From the IMG/VR virus record IMGVR_UViG_3300035670_000071: 64,000 bases of DNA; one strand, 5' to 3'. This document shows, in pieces, positions 60,401-64,000 of the stretch. The position numbers and the translations under genes are program-made. The notes under the pieces are model-generated. The model saw nothing but the letters and a program-made list of their open reading frames with translations. It was not told where the DNA came from and ran no database searches. Origin of the DNA: a virus (taxonomy: Duplodnaviria; Heunggongvirae; Uroviricota; Caudoviricetes). Numbering within the stretch: position 1 is the stretch's first letter; each line of letters begins with the position of its first letter.

Positions 60401-60535
60401 TTGAAGATTATTATATATAGGAGATGGATTTATGTAAGTTGCTGCTGAGACTGATGATACAAAAAGTAAACTCAACAGGAATATCCACAGAATATTTACC
60501 GCTTTCGTGCTATAGCTCACATTAAAGGACCCCAT
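48401..60535 (-). CDS. giant 4044-aa surface protein (signal peptide, LamG/ConA-like segments, C-terminal TM anchors)
   Basis: Uninterrupted 12-kb ORF with a signal peptide. T/S/Y/N/D/G-rich with frequent N-x-S/T sequons. Motif LDDVQFFSVGMTEDDVKEY resembles LamG. Three C-terminal TM helices. Confidence 0.7.
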   Translation of the reverse strand: MGSFNVSYSTKAVNILWIFLLSLLFVSSVSAATYINPSPIYNNLQPGTEGGLQAVYDPTYPPTNPSNITFSWYKLQTGIQQPLNISSDTNLSQTTTTANYEGTSIYGVGTSGASATAVQTDGGFGTSCNTGWAYHQITVGAFDRLERIYHFQYVGNNKYSSAMYTYYEFLYHDGTTASTAQQGSSYNSGVWLTFYNPNPSKEIQYLRLWHYDNWGCSDGHGQGHYVNQISMYAYPPNASQKTWVSNNLAAGKRVEGLTLTSTVAGGDFDAYYDVTGNGNWTWFNKSLPLSFSRTETFYLLFNLTGEVPVISNVNFGFTGLVHQSTFDYTMSGVSTADRIYTDTGTGSVSERLVPGDVWNLKVTESYNPTYISYSTDVTVATSPTVVFDSLSINRITKTATYCFNVTDLNNASSVNATVQYTEDGGAPQLGSVTVVNSVPTQVCKDVVMNFGSDYVFKGMAYVTSAGYTAPTYYTFPELQSLYVGTPDIVDYDERDRIYDGVVLEDGLREGALYDLTSVYIETNISTSGLTLHWWDGDSWSTQGMSSAASFSYYTVSGLTDGLQTLYITDGNGTVAEWVKPGLEHPLGGNRVDETKYVSFAGEPENIDYRIMFLGAVDYNTTAYEWCLDDTGGDIYQCYATGWWPDPYDVGQLERGGIIGPGLKDTGVLTGTLDSGRPYSYNFQREEFGGQNTETVSVENSTSYSIEPYYLYVNYTKLPGVERENTRWYVKHSFDGVAPIEDYIQIPESCWNYAGIYGDIVLRIKSEGHSLLSNLTTEPACYDGVSWTVLGNAQSGAINHEALYTADPASRLVDGDYRWGTTWKTDTNEWYWSGNSYARIYEEKMLWDAVGLPATTQYWWDDDIVVNNTIENYYFHFWMNNDKNGTAVELDNVNLFRWGLVEDKQSYWREDSDTLWVKTNLTAGETYTFVIGEDDVEGYAESPSDVFLFLQDFRDITVNTELETLPYWEQVDFEDLGASYIIGAEGAMYFYDADSADVDYYRTNFSFDKGVVLEIVEKDDPVNEEWPLEFGFSDGTNTVARIKDAATQDYFKLLSKVGATSYYNTANVSKQTVGSSTYTKHKVVWSSGLAQLVIGNTLEYQVDYNVPTTAMPLVLGNVYAGGTASWNTAGRVQYLYVRKHVPTASEPVVTCNGNVCTVYAPESVEDYQLEFTIPSTLGNDIFVYKEDYEDGFNAFERTKVTQEDVFEAYGYPYWRETNDASNSKVWTKVSMDAGDSITLKLSDSFTYAEDPEEVFVFFDGYDDVTDGTLNPARWANYDATNYHVNSPAYPDQLLFNWTGAAWGSYGPWTVANFVRTATTGYVLEHDYKALAGTGANRMFGWHDTTAGDEYANLIYGLYDNNGVDIRTYEDNVQRTVNVQNFVRGTNYKVRLTAKTTTESGALYEISGDGGLTWTLLYNSTYSNEATLKIGSDDYGVDYVQDSTRIRKYLPGEPVTVSCSNNECVLTANQDVTDYQVELQTNISGDLNIINKDLTITLPAFFGDTKEQTLIAGFKEFTPIDLSDNLGGEIYDFGLQIEGQGTNQRIGKYQPGFVIFNLPSDSVLLLSDTDGDALNDYEELYVYYTNPLSADSDEGGEEDRAEILAGRNPLLFYDDVVKVNEVVINELYPEFDTELSCSFNVTNDDTYNNIDVTVSWKKAVDNNDWFEKYLNDDAYVDTITSTSAYSEASNGTVSYTLIPAQYTHMFTDGGVGTVYSTGWYLVSTINSPPIPAPYDVEKLVMTHCANAGKYANNAYSYTRWYYRDATPTTNTGTQAGCGDFTHTNPNPTKPVLKIEVYGHDDQNYGWYLNNIRVWGKNGYDGYDEADDNFITGNIITPDEVDRFKLSYELSGGVVQNFYDADDDYENSQFAYYQFTQQSIYDSYLFNIHGAQGTPSFRTDRFGTDNSSLDIVSNESVFVVSSNTKFDALTELSIIGQLNLDSLPTSEAVILERDQNFRLAVNNLGQLIFYTGDDWSGSVLTTTNVLTTGVDYEIIAVYDGLTKNIYVNGVVDPSIRTVSGANLGTTTNRITFGGHWNGTDYNQLIDGSLDDVQFFSVGMTEDDVKEYNALTASAPYDVWNDWTEFVSEDEVTVGDTLYLRLMLMLDESEPFAKQIKFSYHPTETYVNVNDYDYTFYNINRGQLYTTTPGTGSVTDDLANYEQWKCYIDVFNQNVHKLQGSAKVSVYPLENLNVTAPETILVDNEPFFTTFSVTDYDGGITCDLNANGQFVGSYGHIDTDRVNTDYGLTVVFNYLITQMAMSEGCLGDITLAPVPDYPLEVCLEDWTGATVPGSCNTYTSGEYGPGDVLSTGQINKSIIENSDKYRFRFNWERIGYVDMANAELDGNFDHGQSEFGDHNHVCLRLSDDADTVCSGTVYQYYWASSQAACNHGGGDEHGTMVLDYGDSFTDSYQLYSTNTCIPGTEKTNDYVVDNIGYYSTTTERRVYEGYWRTGGTDANLACAQALGQKRDYDCGQCDTFNLRWYPTTCTAGTEDTYPSGLCSYAGDYDSASDYFTYQENYDNGNIIFTEKLQAEGNVSWESASNWPVVDDEYLWNIQCSAIGQNYTVTSENRTYNFDLAPPLINTYASNENILFPEIGDSITLTIDVQDDDNVDMCSLLVDDTGTGYEEVANYTVNAQTSTVDMDFQVRPYSIRDAVNHPDYFRTGNVVWTKLSMDAGETITIVMDNTNNVFDTYAQNGEEVFEFFEPFDSNPIDSETWEPISTESTTLTYGSGEMTFYDEDSSNKDFFITTRTFNSPAILEWYQRDYTAEEWPLEVGFGRGTSNTIGKMKIGTLQDAFVFKTYKYGVISESASQAVSDSYNKYKVVWKDGDSSFWANDALQYTLTTNIPTVGVPLVIGDTTAGGTSGTDTKGTIDWMFVRKYSDDMPTVSCDSNICVVTAGANGFTNLQVPLETTYTTGDISLSYAEDKSEVSWTAICYDDAGNAFQGALQTFEVKDNTAPLISLGDENGFRADNVSAHSNAVRDLSLNVEYFDYNLFQAYERIDCDIDGLIYEWEDIDVEVFNYDATYQNTVNHSQSYDVYDATFSTTTISNTGLTQGWVGQTFDSFYYVSSLQYQVETQDARVVVQTYDGVGWTTVRTHTRATGVQTQTIDINDSINGIRFYFDDTTFVSSVNKVYYMKYLYENGLSQNGALFEHNHVVDTTGLPMQRCVFNASASDDHTDMVIPDYEVTPITAGLEYDTDVDIRARVVYAGNPYDVSSKSTTKQTDRYTFQFDFVNKSLSRTFTLQSLNGDLIYNRPNSKYDGHFVIWNSETKDGNWVDFEEIANPSTEFEYTIVKVNDFEYDITVSVVMPPNSLTPEQQVATYGVDTYEFFSIGGTNIQETSWIFYIGGAVNVTGVNVFDDSTFTNYTVNVVTVSGTPGATFNQTYNTTVTNYVEGLPEGVYDLTFSHPQFFDQTYRVNITTQFDDCFQQSADIGGSCTGTVGNTVAYTNGGTYVDDPGWVNLGNAIDANWTSYSSVTNTVGFKYYYMTYDMVAESIPVWEVAVGVSSNDRLNITPQDECLDDADNNLKLRVGFEDSLAQNTMVFQCSDDGAWLTMTDIEGSVPFANRLWEEGVHWKTLGANLVKQDYESYQAKITFQLRDVKTQELLDDLNMSITIGNYTNSQYFPTGTYDLTVLVDAAPANILAKKTRYIDLNTTYTFTYKQEQTYVLDMNFYSLINLYDEKTLLPFDMTKPDKVEFLVFCEDSTRIQELTNNTQTVEITCAYEKFKFLLTYGTSGYYRTFLTPPEDAFNQSIYLIEISSTSYIYSSFTIDDLLGQYDNPRIYINKLIENNKVQITADYTDVEGKIGAFLIENQEYIIEIHSDNQPVREMGIYAADVGGDKTLRLYDISLATENLGYYNNVVYGATLQQEGNDTYVVGRYVDAENATTSVTFTVHQGNTDGPVLYTFTGTPTYSSDYGSYAYEFQQLLPPSYINTTMSVSMNITHASGQKTTGFFLFKNYRIQLPEDITQEALNWFFLLFLSVVAIIGTIKTANILSIILIGFATLFIIFGWLGLSMGVLLLSALISLIAILKEGEKETK

Positions 60536-60558
60536 ACGTCTTACTAAACCACATCTGG

Positions 60559-60573
60559 TTTATATATATATTT
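60559..60573 (-). promoter_or_regulatory. TTTATATATATATTT TATA-like promoter motif about 25-35 nt upstream of the giant-gene ATG
   Basis: Exact 15-mer; its spacing implies a leaderless or very short-leader transcript. Confidence 0.4.
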
Positions 60574-60609
60574 AAAATATAACCAGGGCTTTCAACCATA
60601 GAGACCCTC

Positions 60610-63285
60610 TTAAGATTGTTGCCCGTATTTGTCGTATGTCCCCCTTGGATACATTACATATTTTCTACTTCTCGGACTCCATACCCTTCCATCTGGTAAA
60701 GGTGGTCTGTTAGGATTCGCTGTGGCATATTGTTCTCTTAAAGAAGCTGGAGCCTCTTGCGTTTCCTGTGGTTGATAAGCTATCTGGGGTTGTGGTTGTG
60801 GTGCATACGCTATTGGTCTTGCTGGTGCCCTTGTAGGAACCGCTATTGGTAAATCAACTGAATTACTTCTTTGTTGGCCACCAATATTCAAAGCATTATT
60901 ACTTCCTTCTCCAAGGCTTTCAGCTACCTTATATACATAATCTCCTGCTCCAGTTCCAACACCAATCTGTGACATTGTATTTATTCCCTGAGAGCTTCCT
61001 CCACCTTGCCCAAGTGATACCGCTTCAGCCATTCTGAAAGGATTTGACTGCACAGCAGAAAGAGCTGCAATATTTCCTTGTGAATTGTAACCGCTTCCTC
61101 TGTATACGCCTGTCATACCTTCGGCATTCTGTAAACTTCCGATTCCAGACTGCACACCCATAAGTCCACCAAGCATTTGTCCTTTTGTTACTGCATCACC
61201 CATTGATGTCTTATTTGAATCTATATTTCCAAAGTTTCTTGCCGCAGCTCTTAGTCCTCTTGCAGCTTGTTTTCCTCTCTTTCCTTTTCCATAAAGAGAT
61301 GGACCATATCCTGCTTCTGCATATGCTTCTGCCTTAGCAACTTCAGCACCTGCTTCAACTCTGGCTTTCTGTAAGTCCAATTCTGCTCTTCTTAAATCTA
61401 CTAAAGATTTTTTCTCTTGAATAGATAATTGTGCACCTGCTATTTCCTTCTGTTGTGCAAGAGCCGCATCAGCTTTCATCTTCGCTAACTTTTGTTCAGG
61501 AGATAGAACACCAAGTTCATCTCTCACAAGATACCTTCTTGTTATTGCATCAACATTATTTAACACAGAGCCTTTTCCTGGTTTTTGCCCAGCCATCAAT
61601 GCTTCACTAACAGCAGACTTAAACTGAAGTTGTTGTCCATACAATCCTCTTTCTGCTGCTTCAAGTTCAGCCATCTCAGCTCTTGTATCATATCCTGTGG
61701 TAGCTTGTTCTGCTAATTCTGCTCTTCTTAATGCAATCTGTTCTTTCTGATATTCAAGATTCTGTTTCTGAATATCTCTTTTATCAGAAGCTATTTCAAG
61801 AGCATCTGTAACTGCACTTTTTGCTTGTTCATATCCATATACAAATGGTTTAGCCATATTAGATGCTACGCCACCTATAGCTGCACCAGCATTTGAAAAG
61901 AACTGATTTGGTTTAGCCGCCGTATCAAACGGTGTTTCTACAGTAGGCTCTCCTTGTTCATCTACATATGTGACTTCCCCTGTATTTGGGTCCTGTAATG
62001 CATTATATGAATATGTCACTTCTTCTGCAGGTGTTTCTGCTTCTTCTTCATTATCCTGAAATCCTTTTCCTCTTAGGAAGTTTCCAGTCTTCTCGAAGAA
62101 TCCTTGTTCAAATTTATCTCTTGGGTCACAATCTACTGCGTTAGCTAACCCATCTCCATCATAGTCGCCCCACATTGTAAGACCGACTTGCTGGTTTGCT
62201 CTTTCAAACCCAACATTGCCAGGATTTCTAAAATCTGGCTTATCCCAACCATTACTCTGCTTAGAATGTTTTGCTGTTGCTCCTTTTCCAAATTGTGGCA
62301 AGAATTTTTCTATATTCACACTCTGTGAATATTGCCCTGCCACTGCTTTCCCTGGTGCATTTCCCAGTATATTATTTATTTTACTTCCAGCATCAAATTC
62401 TGAGTTTAGAGCTTTGCCTGGTGTTGTTCCTATTATCTTATTGATGTCAAATGCCCCAGCAGGATTCTTTGCTACTCCTGGTTGCTTTGATAGCATCTTA
62501 GCTAATGGATTTGGTCCACTTTGCCCACCAAGTATAGCTGCAACTTTCTTATCTGGTTCTCCACCAAACCCGAGAGTGCTACTTACTTTAGTGTTTACTG
62601 CTCCTCCAAAACCAAGCATTGCTGATACATTAACTGGTGTAGTGTAACCATTCTTGAAAGGATTTGCTGTCTTTACCACACTTTTTGATGGGGATGGGCC
62701 ATTCACAAATTGGCTAACTTTCTGGGTGGGGTCAAGGTTAGCTATCTTTTGTGATTTTTGTGGTGTGAACATATTGTTGACATTTGCAAATTCTCCTATC
62801 TTTGGTTTTCCACCAAGCATTTCAGTTATCTTTTTATTTGCTTTGGTATCGAACCCGCCAACAAATTTGCTTCCTGGGTCACTGGAAGATTTCTTTGAAG
62901 AACCTCCCATACCAAGCATATACTCGGCTCTCTGTTTGGCATTTAATTTCTTGCCTTCAGTTCCAAGCATATTTCCAACTTTGTTAGTTGAGCCATATCC
63001 TCCTCCAAGTATATCAAGAGGTATGTTCTCATTCTTTCCTTTACCACCCTTAGTTCCAAGCAACACATCAAGTTTATCTTGATAGCCACCTGCACCTGAA
63101 AGGGTGGGTAATTTTCCATCCATATCTGCCATAGTTCCACCACCCATTATTTTATTTTGAAAATCAAACGTCTGAAGAGCTTTGCTGGTTCCACCTAATA
63201 CATCACGCTTCATCTGAGCATCTTCAAGTATCTCAGCCTCCGTCTTCTTCGGTATTCCCATTACTCTGCCTTCAAACATATTCAT
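60610..63285 (-). CDS. 891-aa glycine-rich repeat protein with C-terminal coiled coil
   Basis: Degenerate repeats of about 14 aa of the form x[IM]LG..PGK.. (ILGG, MLGT, LGFGG...), followed by an AELAEQ-type coiled coil and a PQ-rich tail. Confidence 0.6.
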   Translation of the reverse strand: MNMFEGRVMGIPKKTEAEILEDAQMKRDVLGGTSKALQTFDFQNKIMGGGTMADMDGKLPTLSGAGGYQDKLDVLLGTKGGKGKNENIPLDILGGGYGSTNKVGNMLGTEGKKLNAKQRAEYMLGMGGSSKKSSSDPGSKFVGGFDTKANKKITEMLGGKPKIGEFANVNNMFTPQKSQKIANLDPTQKVSQFVNGPSPSKSVVKTANPFKNGYTTPVNVSAMLGFGGAVNTKVSSTLGFGGEPDKKVAAILGGQSGPNPLAKMLSKQPGVAKNPAGAFDINKIIGTTPGKALNSEFDAGSKINNILGNAPGKAVAGQYSQSVNIEKFLPQFGKGATAKHSKQSNGWDKPDFRNPGNVGFERANQQVGLTMWGDYDGDGLANAVDCDPRDKFEQGFFEKTGNFLRGKGFQDNEEEAETPAEEVTYSYNALQDPNTGEVTYVDEQGEPTVETPFDTAAKPNQFFSNAGAAIGGVASNMAKPFVYGYEQAKSAVTDALEIASDKRDIQKQNLEYQKEQIALRRAELAEQATTGYDTRAEMAELEAAERGLYGQQLQFKSAVSEALMAGQKPGKGSVLNNVDAITRRYLVRDELGVLSPEQKLAKMKADAALAQQKEIAGAQLSIQEKKSLVDLRRAELDLQKARVEAGAEVAKAEAYAEAGYGPSLYGKGKRGKQAARGLRAAARNFGNIDSNKTSMGDAVTKGQMLGGLMGVQSGIGSLQNAEGMTGVYRGSGYNSQGNIAALSAVQSNPFRMAEAVSLGQGGGSSQGINTMSQIGVGTGAGDYVYKVAESLGEGSNNALNIGGQQRSNSVDLPIAVPTRAPARPIAYAPQPQPQIAYQPQETQEAPASLREQYATANPNRPPLPDGRVWSPRSRKYVMYPRGTYDKYGQQS

Positions 63286-63300
63286 TGAACATCACATCCG

Positions 63301-63624
63301 CTACATATATTCATTTTCTTTCTCCTTTCTTATCGCTGCAATTATCATATATAGGATAACTACAAAAAACAAAATGAATGGCATCATATGGAAGTAATCC
63401 ATATATTTATCGATTGCTGCGTGAATCTCAAGCGAAGTTTCTTCTGGAATATTACTTCCAAGATACGAGCTTGAATTTGTCATATCCTTAACTTGAGGAA
63501 CAAGGTGTGCTACAAATACCTGGTTGAATGTAATATATAGTATACCAAGTCCGAACAATGTCACTAAGGCAAACACCCAAGTGAATCCTGTTGAATATCC
63601 TTTCTTGTTCATCATAAATCTCAT
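63301..63624 (-). CDS. membrane protein
   Basis: Two TM helices. Confidence 0.45.
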   Translation of the reverse strand: MRFMMNKKGYSTGFTWVFALVTLFGLGILYITFNQVFVAHLVPQVKDMTNSSSYLGSNIPEETSLEIHAAIDKYMDYFHMMPFILFFVVILYMIIAAIRKEKENEYM

Positions 63625-64000
63625 CTCCCTAACATCCTATTTACCTTCGCCTGTGCCGATGAAGGTATTGCGGTCTTTGCTTTCTTGGGTTGTTTCAGCA
63701 CATTACCACCATAGGTTTGTCCGACATCCCCAAATCCACTATTCACAGCATTTCGTGCTCTCTCATAAGATATGTCTTCTTTAGACATTCTTGGCTGTGG
63801 TTTTCTGAATGGCATCATTGGCTGTTGCATAGGCATCATCTGTTGCATCTGTCTTGTATACGGTGCACCATATGTTGGCCGTGTTGCCGCCTCTACATTA
63901 CTATATGAATATAATGGTATTGCTGCTGCTCCTATAACACCCGCTCTTCCAGCTTGTGCCTGAGCAAATCCTGCTCCTTCATCAAAAAATGCTATTGATT
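63621..64000 (-). CDS. hypothetical M/Q/P-rich protein, 5' partial (continues beyond the window)
   Basis: The reading frame stays open to the window edge. Confidence 0.35.
   Translation of the reverse strand, partial: SIAFFDEGAGFAQAQAGRAGVIGAAAIPLYSYSNVEAATRPTYGAPYTRQMQQMMPMQQPMMPFRKPQPRMSKEDISYERARNAVNSGFGDVGQTYGGNVLKQPKKAKTAIPSSAQAKVNRMLGR

Noticed and set aside
1-64000. Stop-codon reassignment (UAG or UGA read as sense) suggested by the presence of a release factor and many tRNAs
   Set aside because: Long ORFs, including the 12-kb giant gene, are intact under the standard code; UAG, UGA and UAA are all used as terminators (e.g. UAG at 11805..11807); no suppressor-anticodon tRNA (CUA, UCA, UUA) was found.
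1-64000. Eukaryotic giant virus (Mimiviridae-like) origin, suggested by the eRF1-like gene, intron-containing tRNA-Ile(UAU) and type I tRNA-Tyr
   Set aside because: Genes are tightly packed, often with overlapping stop and start, and most have GGAGG-type ribosome-binding sites at 6-10 nt; this indicates prokaryotic translation initiation.
1-64000. CRISPR array or other short regularly spaced repeats
   Set aside because: No run of identical 25-40 bp repeats with unique spacers was seen; the only exact repeats are the 18-bp pair at the GIY-YIG gene, the paralogous miniprotein genes and the AT 15-mer promoter motif.

Overview
This 64-kb AT-rich window reads as part of a large virus or integrative mobile element with compact, mostly co-directional genes. 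My best reading is an archaeal host, but the evidence conflicts: the SLT transglycosylase and the small alarmone hydrolase are classically bacterial, so I keep bacterial and archaeal hosts open. No CRISPR array or rRNA is present.

Layout:
- Left arm (1-23.3 kb, + strand): about 60 small genes. Recognisable ones are a P-loop NTPase, two HNH and one GIY-YIG homing-type endonuclease, a minimal nucleotidyltransferase next to a Mesh1/SpoT-type small alarmone hydrolase, an SLT lytic transglycosylase, a flotillin/SPFH operon, a secreted DNase-I-like lipoprotein plus a metallophosphoesterase, many zinc-ribbon miniproteins, and a Ro60(TROVE)-vWA gene followed by structured Y-RNA-like RNAs that include a tRNA-like module.
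- Centre (23.9-27.2 kb, - strand): an array of about 25 tRNA genes. Embedded in it is an eRF1/aRF1-type release-factor gene split across two reading frames at a prfB-like CUU-UAG +1 frameshift site.
- Right arm (28-64 kb, - strand): a run of tiny lysine-rich peptide genes, an ABC transporter with a PaaK-like ligase next to a tyrosine integrase, and a membrane/surface module. That module includes three tandem paralogous two-helix miniproteins, a 4044-aa sequon-rich giant surface protein and an 891-aa glycine-repeat protein.

Several translation signatures look archaeal or eukaryotic in type while ribosome-binding sites are prokaryotic. These are the eRF1-like factor, a short-variable-arm tRNA-Tyr, A73 on tRNA-Gly, an intron-like insert in tRNA-Ile(UAU), G55 T-loops and TATA-like promoter 15-mers.

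All RNA coordinates were folded by hand and are good to about 3 nt. CDS coordinates come from the supplied ORF track.
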